DNA of 64,000 bases from the human T2T-CHM13v2.0 reference genome, Homo sapiens (GCF_009914755.1 NC_060928.1), one strand, 5' to 3'. Shown: positions 1 to 15,472, numbered from the stretch's first letter. The notes: generated from the sequence alone by a model not told the origin. Numbers and translations are program-made.

Positions 1-352
1 AAGGTTTTACAAATTTAAGTACTGATGGTGTCATACCATATAAGGAATAGATTTTTTTAAGCCTAAAATACCACCATGTAAAACAAGAATGATTCAACTA
101 AGTGCGTGTATATTAAGGCAGCTTCCCTCCTTGCACTGCTACTGTGCTGTTGTATAAACAAATCACTGAAGGTACATCCCCAGGTGTCTCTGAGTTTGTT
201 TGGGTTTGTCTTGTTAGTTCTTGCCTGGAGGTGTGCAATTGGTTTTCTCATTCTTAAGTTAGATTAAATTAAGAAAAACCTTTTTTAAGCAGTTTGAAAC
301 TATGATAATGGAATGTTGATGTTAGTGGATTTTCTTTTTAATTCCCAAACAG

Positions 353-462
353 AGCAACATTTTGCAGATGTTGTACTTAGTGAAGAATTTCTCAATCTTG
401 GCATCGAACAAGTGTGCAGCTTAATCTCAAGTGACAAACTTACCATTTCTTCAGAAGAGAAG
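353..462 (+). CDS. KLHL2: KLHL2 coding exon (BACK domain), first exon in window; gene starts upstream of window
   Basis: cag| acceptor, AAG|gtaagg donor; 110 nt, phase 1 to 0; translates EQHFADVVLSEEFLNLGIEQVCSLISSDKLTISSEEK. Confidence 0.95.
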
Positions 463-1959
463 GTAAGGATATTTTTCTTTTCCCAGTGTGCAATGATGTT
501 TCCCTTTTTTTTTTTTTAATTTCACTTTTTTTTATAGCTTTGTGATCCTGTATGTGTAGTGACAGCCAGTGATGTTTCAACTGGAAGTTAAGAAACTCAG
601 CTAGTTACTTCAGGAAAGGATTCCAGGAGAAAAAAAAGAAACTCAGGACTTGTTGATTGTCTATGTAAATTACTCCCGGTCTTCACTTTGTGGGAGGTTC
701 CCTAAATTTTTAGCCACTACAGTTTTGTACTTGACCTCCACAGCAAGAGCTTGCACACATTAGACTATCTGAAACAAATGCTTTTTTGGAAACTAGTTTC
801 TTCCTACAACTCAATGCCTGTAGGAATTATGATGTGAACATAATATTTGTCACTAAATTAGTTTCCTTGTCTTCTGAGTTGAAAGAGGTTACCTAGGATG
901 GCGAAGTTTTGGTAGTTCTAGACTGAACATTCTTGATTGTCACCTTCCTTTAGATTGATTTCCTGTGACATAATACCTCACCCCTGCCAGTCCGTTCAGC
1001 CTGCCTGCCTCCCTGACTCTCTCCCTCCCTGCCTCCCTCCCTCTCTGTGCAGCTACTGCTTCTGGTTGTAGTCTTTTGTCTCTCCACGTTTTGAATTACC
1101 TTTGTCAGCCACCTGCACTTTTCGTATAGTTGGAGAGAGAAGCTCCTTTTAGTGGGCTGTTTTTCCTTGGGTGGGTTTTGTAGCACACGGGAATCAGAGC
1201 ACAAAAGCTGTGCTTAGAGGAAATGAAACTTGAGTTTCTCCTTTGTGTGCTTAGCATTTCAAGTTGTGTAAATTCTGATTCTCTTTCTCAAGGCTATTCA
1301 TTTCACCTGGGGTTAAAGACACATTTACTCTAATATTTACAGTATTAAAAAATGTGAAAGCATTTGTGACATATATAATCTTAGCATCCTAGAAATACAG
1401 AGGAAGATGACATTACTTTCACACTTAATAGACATGTATTGAGTGCCTTCCATGTACCAGACACTGCCATGGGCTCCTAGAGAAGAGAAGATTAGCAGAA
1501 TAGAATTTGTTACTCATAGACTAGTGGGACAGCCAGTAGAGTAAATAATTGATTACAGAATGCTGTAAAGGGTGCCTTAGGAGCATTTAACTTTTCCAGG
1601 AATGGGATAGGTATGGGGATGGTAGTTCAACTTGGTTCAGATGTATATTTCAAGTCTTTTAAAAATGAGTCTGAGTTTGCCAGAGAAATAGGGATGGGTG
1701 GGAATGCAGAGGGCATTCCAGGTAGAAGAAGCAGAATATACAAATGTAAAGAGATATGAAAGAGTAATTGTATTCAATGTGTTCAGTATGATGGGAGTTT
1801 AGAATATGAGACATTGGTGGAAGATAAAATTAGAAGATGATATAATAAAATATCTTCTCAGCTATGTTAAAGAAAATTAACTGTATTGTAGTGATGAGCC
1901 TTAAAAGGGTTTTAAGCCAGAGGAGAAAACCATGCCAAAACCTGCATTATAGAAATATC

Positions 1960-2585
1960 ATGAGGGCTGTTCTGGTTTTCTGCTGCTACTCAAGTCATTG
2001 CCAAATGTAAAAGCATAAACAATAACCATTTTATGCTAACAATTCTATGGTCAGAATTCATGCAGAACAATAGGGACAGCTTGTCTCTGCTCCACAGTGT
2101 CTGAGACCTCGGCTAAGGTGACCCAGATGCCTGGAGATACCTGGCATGGTTCTACTGGAGCCATAGATCTGGAGCTTCAGTTCTTCTGCACATGGCATCT
2201 TATGGGTCTGTAATGTCCAAGGTGGCTCCTCCACCTACTTTTGTCTGGCTCCGGGGCTCCCGGTTGATTGGTCTCTCTCTAGGTCTCCCTCCTCTCCCCT
2301 CCTTTCTTCTCTGTAACTTGCATGGGTTTCTCATGGTGTGGTGGTTTCAAGTAGCCAGACTTCTTACATGACATTTGGCTTCCTTCAAATGAGCATTTCA
2401 AGAGAGCAGAGTAGAAGTAGTGAGGCTGCTTAAGACCTACCTTCAGAAATTGCACAGTGTCCCTTCCTCCGCACTCTACTGGTTAACAGGGCCAGCTTAG
2501 ATTCAGTGTGGAGGGTTACTATATAAGGGTATGGATCTGGGAGATGTGGTTTATTAGGAGGCTATCTTTGGAGACTAGCTATCTG
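1960..2585 (-). mobile_element. MaLR LTR (MLT1-type), flanked by L2-like remnants
   Basis: MLT1-like blocks: aaacaataaccatttt, cagcttgtctctgctccaca, ggctatctttggagactagcta. Confidence 0.6.
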
Positions 2586-3602
2586 GTGGTGGTGGGCAGT
2601 ATGGACCAAAAATGAGGTGAGGGCCAGATGAGAGGATGTTGAAGTCATACCAGTGAGCAGCAGGTTCCGATATGGGATGATAGAAGCAGGGGGGAGAGAA
2701 GACAGAACTGAGAAATATTAGATAGAATTGCCAGAAGGCCGACTATCTTGTTCACCTAATCTCTGGCACCTGGCACGTAGAGACACTTGATAAATACTTG
2801 TTGACAGAATGAATTAAAGAGGGGTGTTAATTTTAATGTGCATTATTTTTAGTTTCTTGCTTTTTTTTTTCAAACTTTGCAAAATGTTTTACTACCTCCA
2901 TTCTGTTCATTCTTGTTATTTATTTGCAGAAATCAATAAAAGGTTGCCAAAATGTAAGCTGATCCACAAAGTATGAGAGAATTAGTTTCTTGCTTTATTC
3001 CTGGATCAAAATAACCTATTTTTGGTCTCAGTTATCCAATTGCATATTGTCAAACATTTCCTGCAAACCTTTAAAGATTATTAAGTGATATATTCATCAG
3101 TTGAGAAGAAAATTATGTAGACAAACAGTGTCTTCATATTAGCTTATTAGCTTTCTCACAATTATGTATTGTAAAAAATAATGCCCTTATTTTTTAATTT
3201 GTAAAAAAAAATTTCAAAATACTACATTTTAATATATTCTGCTATTACAGAGCTGAGTCGATCTATTGTACAAACCTTCGATTTATGTGTATGGTCTAAC
3301 ATTTGTTTGTAAACCTGAAGAAAAAGCCAAACATGAATTGTTTATAAGGATACATGATTTTCATTCCAGAATATCACTTTGCTTTATTATTTTGGGTAAA
3401 TAAAAAAAAAAAGAACAGAAAAGAAATGGGGTGAATGGCTTTGTAAGTACATTGCAAGTCAGGATTTTGAAAACACTTGAGCTGTGAATTAAACTTGGAT
3501 GTCTTAGCAAGAGTTATATATAAAATGTAGTCTCATATTTTATCCAGATGCCTTGATACACAACTCATTTCTTATTTTTTCTTCTCCTATATTTTCTGCA
3601 AG

Positions 3603-3719
3603 GTATTTGAAGCAGTAATAGCATGGGTGAACCATGACAAGGATGTGAGGCAAGAGTTTATGGCCCGACTGATGGAACATGTACGGTTACCTTTGCTTCC
3701 TCGGGAATATTTAGTTCAG
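3603..3719 (+). CDS. KLHL2: KLHL2 coding exon (BACK domain)
   Basis: pyrimidine tract + aag| acceptor, CAG|gtaaat donor; 117 nt; VFEAVIAWVNHDKDVRQEFMARLMEHVRLPLLPREYLVQ (not in ORF track). Confidence 0.95.
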
Positions 3720-3859
3720 GTAAATGCATATGCAAAACATATGAATCCACACAGCACTGTGTCACTGGCCTGACAGCATGTAGATCCCTATCAAGCAGTG
3801 ATAAGAGCTGTAGAATGCAGATCTGTGGAGTACAGGACAGAAGACAGTAAAGGACCCCG

Positions 3860-4119
3860 CAGGCTGGAGTGCAGTGGCGTCATCTCGGCTCTCCGCAACC
3901 TCCACCTCCCGGGCTCAAGTGATTCTTGTACCTCTGCCTACTGAGTAGCTGGGACTACAGGTGCATGCTACAACCCCAGCTAATTTTTGTATTTTCAGTA
4001 GAGTTGGGGTTTTGCCCTGTTGGCCAGGCTGGTCTCGAACTCCTGACCTCAAGTGATCTACCCGCCTCGGCCTCCCAAACTACTGGGATTACAGGCCTTG
4101 TGAGGCACCACACCCAGCC
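3860..4119 (-). mobile_element. Alu (tail end missing)
   Basis: caggctggagtgcagtggc...ctcccaaactactgggattacagg; no poly-T. Confidence 0.9.
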
Positions 4120-4650
4120 ACCATTCCCCGTTCTTAGAAATTTGCTTTTGCCCCTATTTTTGATTTGGGTAAGCAAGTACTAGAGCTTATCAAGGTAGTA
4201 TTTGTGGTCACTTAAATACATGTAAATAAATGTCCCTGTGGCAGTCACTGCTTTGCATCTTCTTTACTGTTTTTTTCTTTCCATAGTCTCTTCTGATTCC
4301 CCTGCAGACCTGGAATTTTGAGGTCTGACCCAAATACCGTTTAATTTTACTTCGTAATTTAATAGTGGCATGCATTTGATTTCTGTCTTTATTTCTAAGC
4401 TGAGGGAAAACATTATTTGAAATAAATGTGAAAAATGATTCTTTAGTGGTCTCCAAATAATTTTAAATTTACTGTTTTTTTTATTAGAATCCCGCTAGGA
4501 ACATTTCAGCATTATTTTAATAATTGAAACCATTGAAAGAATCATTTATTAAGAAATTAGATTTGAACATTTTAGGATTTCTTGAAATCTCATTACTTTT
4601 TGTGATCTGTGTAATCATGGGTCTTCTGGTATTAAGAAGATGATCCAAAA

Positions 4651-4962
4651 GGGTGGGTGCGGTCAGTGGCTCACGTCTATAATCCCAGCACTTAGGGAGG
4701 CGGAGGCAGGCATGAGGCCAGGAGTTCGAGACCAGCCTGGCTAACGTGGTGAATCCCCGTCTCTACTAAAAATACAAAAAATTAGCCAGACATGGTGGCA
4801 GGTGCCTGTAGTCCCAGCTACTCAAGAAGGTGAGGGAGGAGAATTGCTGGAACCCGGCAGGTGGAGTTTGCCAGGATTGTACCACTGAACTCCAGCCCGG
4901 GCAACAGAGTGAGACTCTGTTCCCTTCCCCCCGCCCCCCCTCCCCCCCCAGAAAAAAGAAAA
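4651..4962 (+). mobile_element. Alu with C-rich tract in tail
   Basis: tggctcacgtctataatcccagcac...agagtgagactctg. Confidence 0.9.
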
Positions 4963-5500
4963 CGAACCCAGAAGCCTGTCCTGCGTTTGAGGTCAGGCTA
5001 GGCAGTACAAGATTTATTTGTGTTATGGGTACGTTGCTTTAAGGTATTTCTAATCTCTTTTTGGGATATTTTACTTGCCCACTTGTGTTTGAAAAAGGTA
5101 TCATTAACTTATTAGTATTGTCTTCACCTGAAGGATGTATTATCTAAACTTTGTTTCTTGTTTTGCTTACTTTTTGTCTTAAAGGTTAAAGATACACAGG
5201 TGGATATAATATCCGAAGAGTTCATCATATTCCATAGCTAACATTGAAGTTTATCATTTTTCACTGTGGTTCTTCTTTTTATTACCTATATATGTTTTTC
5301 TCTGCAGGCCAGATACTTGAGCATTTTTTGGTTATATTTATTTTTCTCTTAGATGTATTTATAAACTTTCCTCGTTTATTTTTAGACTAAACTAAAGGAT
5401 ATAGTTACTGCTTTTTTCCTCTCCTTTACTTCTTTTTCTTTGGCAATTTAATTATGAAATAGCCCTACCCTCAGTGGGTGTGTCTGATTTCTTGTTACAG

Positions 5501-5650
5501 AGGGTTGAAGAGGAAGCATTGGTCAAGAATAGCAGTGCTTGCAAAGATTACCTCATTGAAGCAATGAAGTACCATTTGCTGCCAACAGAGCAGCGTATAT
5601 TAATGAAGAGTGTCCGGACCCGGCTGAGGACACCCATGAACCTTCCCAAA
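5501..5650 (+). CDS. KLHL2: KLHL2 coding exon (end of BACK / linker)
   Basis: tacag| acceptor, AAA|gtagga donor; 150 nt; RVEEEALVKNSSACKDYLIEAMKYHLLP...RLRTPMNLPK. Confidence 0.93.
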
Positions 5651-5998
5651 GTAGGATCTGTTTCTCATGCTTGTTATTACCTCATGCAAAAGGCTTATAA
5701 GTGAAGCTGTTAGTATTTTGCTCATTTGAATTTCCGTGATTTATTGTTTTAGTTTTCCTTCAAGAGAAAATGTGCCTAAGAATGCATTGTAGTGTATGTA
5801 ATTCAACCTCTATTGATTTTATATGTTAAGGGTGGGGATTCTTTGGTCCGTTTAATTTTTATAAACTGCATGATGTCACTCTTCTGGAACAGAAGACAAC
5901 TGGTTTTTGTCCCCTCTGAGTTTTATTAGCTCTAATTATAGTAGAAAGCTCTAATTATAGTCCAAAAAAATCAGACCAGGTAGAAGGATTTCTCTGTA

Positions 5999-6310
5999 GG
6001 CCTGGGGTGCTGTGATTCATGCCTGTAATCCCAGCACTTTGTGAGACTGAGGCCAGTGGATCACCTGAGGTCAGGAGTTTGAGACCAGCCTGGCCATCTA
6101 CGTGAAACCGTGTCTCTACTAAAAATACAAAAATTAGCCACGTGTGGTGGCAGGTGCCTGTAATCTCTGCTACTCAGGAGGCTGAGGCAGAGAATCACCT
6201 GAACCCAGGAGGCGGAGGTTGCAGTGAGCTGAGTGGAGTGCCCACTGCACTCCAGTCTGGGCAACAATGTGACAGGCTCTGTCTCAAAAAAAGAAAAAAA
6301 AAAAAAAAGA
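5999..6310 (+). mobile_element. Alu (S-type)
   Basis: Full dimer with poly-A tail. Confidence 0.92.
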
Positions 6311-9300
6311 ATTATTTTGTAAGCTAGGTGTTTGTTTAATAACTGAAAACCCAGTAGTTTCACAGAATTACACATTAGAACTACAGATGATAAAAATAGC
6401 TTGTTCAGTTCATCTCATTGCTGTTCCCTGCTGTATACCATTTGATGGTTCCCTGCACATCATATGTAGCCATTTCAGCATACATTCCCATGTCTTCCCG
6501 TGTGTCTCGTGTTCATATTTTCCTATGTGAATGTTTATATTCTACCTTGGTCTTTTTAGCTGTGGCCATTCATATTTTACCAATTCAATTTTTCTTATGA
6601 AATAACCCCTCATTTCTGTCTCTGTTGGCAATTCCTTCTGCTCTGTTTACATCTTTATAGTACGACCAATACTTTAAGCACCATTTTGTGCGTGGTCTAA
6701 TCAGAATGACTCATAATATAAAGACTTTATTTATGTATTTATTTTTAACTCTTGTATATGTTTCGGGCAATGCTGGATTAAGAAATAAGAATCTGTTCTC
6801 TCGTTTTCTTATATCATCTTCAGTTATTACTCTGTCCTTTCCATTGAATTGTTTTTTAAATTCTTTCACTTTAATACTTTAATATTTTTCTAAGTTTTAC
6901 TTTGGAGTCTACATTTTTAATTGCTGCAAATCTATATTGGTATTGTTTTTCTGTTTTGCCTATTACTAACAACAGTTCTCAATTTATAACTAACTGCAGA
7001 TTTGCCAGGATGCTGTTGACTTATTTTTCTAGATCGTTAGCAAATATTTTAATTTAGAATTGATCTCAAAACTCTCTTGGTGGCACCTTGTTAGAAGTAG
7101 CCAGCCACTGACACAGTCTATTTGTGGAAAGTTTCATTCTATATGATTATTATCTAAGCCAAAATAAGTAGTTTGGCATATAACATCTGATGAGGTTGAG
7201 GATCAAATGGATTCAAATTTGGCATGACTTTTTAAACATTCTTCTGCATGGTATTTTATTGGCCCCTAGAAGTTCAAATGCTTTTCTCAAAATCTTCTAA
7301 ATTTTTACTCAGAATTATCATCACTTAACAAAGTGTATTTACAAGGTATTCACTTCCTATCCTGGTTTGAAAATTTGGTATTTGCTTTCTTTAAATTTTC
7401 TGATCTATCCTCAGTTCTCTGAGATTTTTCAGAAATAATTGTAAGTGGCTCAGTAAGTACATTAGCTAGTTCCCTTAATACCTCAGTATTCATGCCAGGT
7501 CTGCTGATTTTATATGTGTTTACATTTTTCAAATACCCTTACACCTGCTTTTATAAGTACCCATCTTTTAAGTCTTCATTAATTCATATTTGTCCATCTT
7601 ATTTGGTGTCAGTTTTTGTTCTTACAAAATAATCCATTTATAAAAATTGTTCAGTCTTGGCAGTGAGTTTAAGGTTGCCATTTATTTTATTTTATTATTT
7701 TATGTAAGTCTTTCCAACTTCCTTCTAAATAATGTGCTATATCTTTAATACTTTTTAAATACTTCATATTTGTAAAAAAGAATTTCTTCTTGTATATTCC
7801 TTCCTCTAGCATCTTCAGACTTTCCTATATTTAGCTATGCTGCAGAGACCTTTAGAGTGAAAGTGAATTCATTTTTGATTTCTGGAATAAACATGTCATT
7901 TTTGAAACCTAGAGTTCTCGGTAAAAGCCTATCAAGTACTTACTTTCTCTTTTGTGGTGTTGTGTTTACATTGTTCCTGGACTTCTCTGGTTGTGGTTTT
8001 GGAGTAGGACTCCTATAGCTGTGTTATACTTTTAGATTTCTCAGTTCTCTAGCTGTTATTTTGTGCTGGGTATGTGGGTCCCTGGAGGTTCTCTTTCATT
8101 CTGCTCTATCAGGGTGGTGGGTGGGGCAGCAGACTTGCTGGATAGCAGTGAGCAGCCCTGTTGCTTTGACTTTGCATGTTTACTTGTATGATCCCTTCTC
8201 AGTGTGTTTGTTTATCCACACATATTTTCGAAAAGGTGCTGGTGATGAACAATTTTCCAACACCACCATTTGTCATTTTAGAGTTGTTATGTTCAGATTA
8301 AGTCTAAGGAGTTGGGTAAGAATGAAGCAAAGATTAATTTCTTATGCTTATTATTTCATAGTAATGATGCCTTTTATCATCGTAATAATGAGTCAAATTG
8401 AACAAAATGTGGTAGTCGTGCTGAAGAAATTACAAGGTTTTGATAATATTTTACCATGAGAGTGAATTAGTACTTTTTATATTACACTCTGATTTTTAAT
8501 TTGCATGAATGATTCTTTTCATATCTCAGACATTAGTTTTGGCTTCTCAATAAACAGATTGTATAAGGTATCCTTGGATTTGCACATCATAATAAAAATT
8601 GTGTGTGTTTTGCTTCTTTTGTATTTTGTTAGCTTTTCTCTTTGGAATCTGTATTTTTATAAGGGCTGTCATATTTCTGGGTATATATTATATTTTAAAA
8701 ATATTTTTACCCAGTATATTTATTGAAGTTTTCAGTTAGAATCTTGATTTTTCAGGAGTTAATTTTCAACTAATATTTATTTAATAGGTAAAATAAAAGG
8801 AACAAAGTTTAATTGACGTACATTTCAGGATGATTAGTGAATTTGCTTAACCTCCTACCCCTTGCCCTCTTCAAATATGTTACTTTTAACTTTTCCTTAC
8901 AAAAGGTCTTCTTTTCTTGTTCCTTCATAGCATAATTAGTATGGTGTTTCTCAAATACCTGTGTCTTTTACAGATAACTGGGATGTCAGCATTATGAGCA
9001 ACTCTTTTGGTAGCCACACAATGGTTTATGACACAGTCTCTTGGTTTTATATAAATATTCCTGCCTTCCTGTCCCCCCATTGCACGTTCTCCTTGTCTCC
9101 TTTATCCCTGATTCCTGGAGACCCAAATCGTTACCCCATTTTCCCTCTCTTGGGTGAGTAAAGGACAAATATTACTACTGTTCTCTGTATGTAATAGCAC
9201 AGTTTTCCTTTTCATCTTCATTTTAATGTGTAAAAGTGAACTATTGCGTGGAAATAGAAATCTTATATTCAAACTTTGAGGATTATGAAATCTATAACTC

Positions 9301-9540
9301 AGTGTTATTTATCAAAAAATTTAAAAAATGTTCCCTTCTGAAATTTTAGAAAAATTGGTCTTCATCAGATATATCATCTAAGACTCTTTCAACTATTGTC
9401 TCTTGGGCAGTTTTGAAGTTTTGAACAGAACCCTAAATACAAGGTTTATCTTAACATGCATCCCAATTCTGTAATTTTTACAACCTTGCCCCCCCCGCCG
9501 TTTTTGGGTGGTCAGAGGTGAGGGTATTGTATATTTTCTT

Positions 9541-10173
<633 letters not shown>

Positions 10174-11601
10174 CAAGAAGAATAACAGGCCTGAAAAAAA
10201 TTATGTAGTTGGTTTATGTTCAGTCTTCTTTTAAGACTTTTAAAATTCATTCTGCTCTCCAGTTACCAAAAACTAAAATGGGCTTCTTTTTGGAAATTTG
10301 GGATTTGCTCTCTGATTCAGGAATCATTTTTTGCTTTGTACCCATCTTTCTTTAATTCTAAGTACAGGTAGGTCATTGCCTAGTCAAGGCTGCAAATCTC
10401 CTCTTTTTGTGTATATGAGTTACTCCATATTCTGTTTGTTTTTATTTTTTGTTTCTTTCTAACATCTATTTTTCCAATCATTATCTCTTCTTTTCCTGAA
10501 GGTCCTTGCCATTCTTTACAGTTTTTGATTTGAGACATCATTAATGTTTACATTATTCTGATTTGATGGCTGTTATTTTCACTGTTGCCAGAGAGTGTCT
10601 GTGCATACTCAGTAAAAGGCAGACACATTGATTTCTAAATTCTATCCATTTAGCAAGACCATAGATCAGGTTCCAGGAAGCTTTCACTAAATTACGGCAG
10701 CTTTTCATTTTCTGATCAGCAGTAGCAGTTACGTCTATACTAATCACATAATTTTTCGATCATATGTAATTGTGTACTCTTCTTGAGTTACTTCATAAGT
10801 CTTGTCTCCTTAGTGAGATCTATCAAGTCTTGAAGGGTAGAGACCATGTCTTATATTTCTTATGTATAACACCTAACATAGTTCTGGACACATATAGACC
10901 GTAGGCATTTAGTAAATAGTTGTTGGATTGAGTTGAGGGAACTTATAGACCTCATTTATTCTCAAAAGTAGACTTTTATGTATTTGTTCATTATGATATC
11001 TAGCATCTCCATTACATGTCCTGTTAGGTTGTTTTATTTGTGGGGCATCAGGAAAGGTCTCTACTGGAGATTCGGGAATCTGTACTCTTGTGAGCTCCAA
11101 TTCAATTACTCCTCCTTTTTCAATATTTTTTTTCCTTCTTCCATCTTTCTTTTAATACTTACTGTCCGTTTCACTTCACCTACCCAGTAACATATGTTTC
11201 ATTTCTATCTTCTCTCCTGGATTATGGAGTTCTAATGCCTGGTCATTGCAAAAACCAGGATCTAGTTTATAGCAAGCCCTATGACATACTGCAGCCTTGC
11301 CAGTAATAACTGCGTGCTGTTTTTTTGCTTAAATAACTGCTTTTGCTTGAAGGATCAGAAACTTAGTTTCTGAAGTCCTTATTTTTGACTAAATGTGCTG
11401 GACGATAGAATTGTATTTTTAACGTGTGTCCCCTTGGTTGATGTTTATGAAATGTTGGTTAGGTGGTTAGATGTTTGTATTCGCCAGCTCACCCTATCAT
11501 CTTCATCCTAACACTTCCCACACCAGTGTCTTTGTAGGACATTTTAAATCCTGAATATGTAATAGTCATTTGTTCAAGTGCTTACATTTCTGCCCTTGTA
11601 G

Positions 11602-11719
11602 TTGATGGTGGTGGTTGGGGGCCAAGCACCAAAGGCTATCCGGAGTGTGGAATGCTATGACTTTAAAGAAGAAAGGTGGCACCAAGTAGCAGAGTTGCCT
11701 TCCAGGAGGTGCAGGGCAG
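11602..11719 (+). CDS. KLHL2: KLHL2 coding exon (kelch repeat 1)
   Basis: tgtag| acceptor, CAG|gtaagc donor; 118 nt; LMVVVGGQAPKAIRSVECYDFKEERWHQVAELPSRRCRA. Confidence 0.95.
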
Positions 11720-13021
11720 GTAAGCATGATGCATCATGGTCAATTCTCTACTCCTGGGTCATTGGGAGCTTCTTTTTCAGGTCTTATTTTATTAATTAGA
11801 AAAATCTCTATCAAAAAAGCTTTGAGTAAAATAGCTATGTAGTTAAACAGTAATTCAGGGGCCTCATATGCCTCTCAAGACATTGATGGGATAGCTACTC
11901 TGTCTCCACCTTTACATATCTTTCTGATTGTTTAGTGTAAGGTGGGAGAGCTAGTAATTTGCCGGATATTTCCTAGTTACATTTGCCTGAAGTGTTGAGA
12001 GGGGAATTCTTTAGGTTGGGACCCTTAGTTCTAGGAGATTCCCTCAGCTATAAGGTACTGTTAAGTCCCTCAGTTATAAGGCATAATTGCCTTCTTCAAG
12101 GCATCTGTTTTACAAACATTTGTTGAAATAGACTTTCATTTAGCCAAAGCTGTGATCAAAAGAAGCAGTTATTATACAAACTCAGAATTTTTCCTGGGAC
12201 TTAAACTTGGATCCATAATTTCTGTCTCCCATAGCGAAATGAGTTCTGTATGTAATGGAACGTTTCTATGATGGTAGTACTTTAACAATACATCTTGGAG
12301 ATTGTTACATATCAGCATATCTGGAGTTACCTCATTCAATAAGAGCTGTCTAGTGTTTTATTTTGGTCTGGACATAGTTTTTACTAGTTTTTAATAGAGC
12401 ATTACAAATGTTTTTAATCTTAATGTTATAAACAATGCTACAACAAATCTCTTATACATACATCATTGTGTACATATGCTAATATATTTTGGCAGGATAA
12501 ACTAGACTTACTGATTCAAAGGATGTCTTAAAAGGATATGCCAATTATTACTCCCACTAACAGTAAAATATGAAGGTGCCAGTTTCCCTAAACTCCTGAC
12601 AGTACTTTGTAATTAAATGTTTTGAGCTTTGCCAATCTGGTGGGTGAAAAATGCCTTAATTTGTACTTATGTAATTATGAGGGAAGTTAAATATCTTTCT
12701 CTCTGAATTGTCAGTTCATGATTTTTGCCATTTTAATAGTTTTATTGATGTCACAGATACAGTTATGTTAAGGAAAGTAGCCTTTTTGTCTGTGATATGT
12801 AGTGTGAATACTTATTTGTATTAATCTTTTATCTTTTGACTTTGTGCTATTTTTGCCATGTAAAAACTTTATCTTTTAATGTAGTCCTGTATACCAAAGT
12901 TTTGTGTCTCTGGACTTAAAATTTTGTTTCTTGCATAGAAAGCCATATGCCAAAGTTATCTATATGTGCGTGTGAGTGTGTGTATACACACACAAACATA
13001 TTTTTTAAAAACTTTATGTGG

Positions 13022-13357
<336 letters not shown>

Positions 13358-15472
13358 TTACAGAAGAGTTGCAAAGATAGAACAAAGAATTCTGGTATAT
13401 TCTTTCCCCAATATTAATATCTTACTGTGATACAGTTATCAAAACTAGAAATTAGCATTGGCATATTAATATTAACTGAAATACAGACTTCATATTTACC
13501 ATTTTTCCATTGATTCTCTTATGCTGTTCTAGGATCCTGCTTTGCATTTAGTTGTCATATCTTCTTATCTGAGATAGTCCCAGAGTCTTTTCTTATCTTT
13601 TATGCCCTTGATTCTTTGAGGAGGACTGGTCAGATATTTTGAAGAGTGTCTCTCAAGTTGGATTTGTCTGATATTTTTCCATGGTTAAATTGACTTAGTA
13701 TGATTATTTTTTGTGAGGGTAACCTTGTTCTCTTGGTTAAGGTGGTATCTGCCAGGTTTCTACCCTATGACAAAATTATATTTTAAAAACATTTGTTGTT
13801 CTAGTACCTTTACAGTTTTATTTATAAATATATGTATCTAAGATATCTGGGCTGTATTTTAGTCTAAGATGTAAGGTATAGATTTTGGTTTTTAATGGCT
13901 AGTCAGTTGTCCAAATACCCCTTATTGACTTATCTGTCTCCATTCATTTGATGAAATGCTGCCTTTATCATGTATTAAATTTCCACATTTACTTGGTTTT
14001 ATTCTAAATTTTCTGTTCTCTTCCATTGATTTGTCTTGCCTATTCATGCATCAAGACAAAGCCAATTTTAGTTACTGAGCTTTATAATATGTTTTACTAT
14101 GTTATGAAACTAGTGATAGGACTCCTGTCTTCTTTTATATCCTTCAGTAGATTTTTAACATTTTCTTCCAATGGTCCTCTGTGTTTCTTGGCAAGTTTAT
14201 TTTTAGGTGTTTTATCTTTATCGTTACTATCTGAAATGGAGTCTTGTATGCCATTTACTAACTGGTTTCTTAATTCATATCTGATTCCTAATACAGTTCC
14301 CTTTTCATTGAGGCCATAAGTCATTTGACTCATTTTATTGCAAAATGTATTCTTTACTTATTGGGTAACTATGAATAAATTTTATCTTCATCATGCCCTC
14401 TTTCCTCTCCCTCCTTCAGATTAGAGCCAATGTCCTTAACTGTGTAAACTTGGCCAAATTTTAATAAACTGTGTAATTAAACTTCTGGGCACTTCAGTTT
14501 CCTGATAACTTTGGGAGGTTATCATACTTCTTTTAGTTCAGTCCCTTCTCCAGACCCAGAGCCTTTGGTAGGGGGCACTTCATAGATTGATTCATTTATT
14601 TTCTTCCTCTCTGTGACCTAAAATTCTCTAAACCTTGGTAAGCATACTATGTTACTTCTAAGAGATGGCATATTTGTAGTGTTATTTTGTGGGTAGAGAA
14701 AGGAAAATGAAAATTGCAATGGGCAAGATTCCCACAATGAACATTCCCTGGAGTTAGTTATGATTTTGGGATACAGGATTGTTTCATGCTGAAACATGCT
14801 GCCTGGTATGTTGCTGCTCACGAGTCTCCAGGCCCTCTTAGGATGTCTGTTAAATTCTGTGCTAGCAGGGGGCCAAAACAGGCAACTTCATCTGAACTGG
14901 AAAGGTCTTGTTGCCATATGGAGGACTGCATTTCCGTGTATTTTTACAGGGGTGGGGGAATAAAGCACCAGAGGTTAAGACAGTAAGGGGCAGAGGTACA
15001 TCTCTTGCCTGATAACATCTGCAAAACATTGAGCTCGTCAAACATATCTGGTGATTCCAGTTCTCCCTACAGGGATTCAGAGAACTGTGAGCCACATTGC
15101 CTGCCCTCAGGCTGGCACAGGGACATAAACATTATAGAACTAAGAACAATAAAAATTTGAACAATTTAAAGTAATTATATTATAGACGGTACATTTATTA
15201 AACCTGAAGTACACAACATAGATGTTATTTGCTATAGGGTTCGGGAGCTGGACATAATCCCTTTTAGGCTAAAGTGGACAGGGAAGGCATCATAGAGAAT
15301 GTGGAACTTTAACTGAGGATTCAGAGTTAAAGAGAACAGAGTAGATGGTGATAGGAGCCTGTCCGATTAGGACAGCAGCATGAAAAAAGTTGAGAAAAGT
15401 GAAAAGATGGTTGAAACCTGAGTCTAGCAGTCTAGTTTCTCCATTCACTGATTCCGTAATATCTCTTTAGCC

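Noticed and set aside
5928-5961. 15-bp direct repeat AGCTCTAATTATAGT separated by 4 bp
   Set aside because: Ordinary micro-duplication with no evidence of function
8061-8459. 132-aa intronic ORF
   Set aside because: Non-ATG start, composition typical of T-rich intron, no recognisable motif or exon structure
12040-12081. 16-bp near-perfect direct repeat TCCCTCAGYTATAAGG at 26-bp period
   Set aside because: Ordinary micro-duplication
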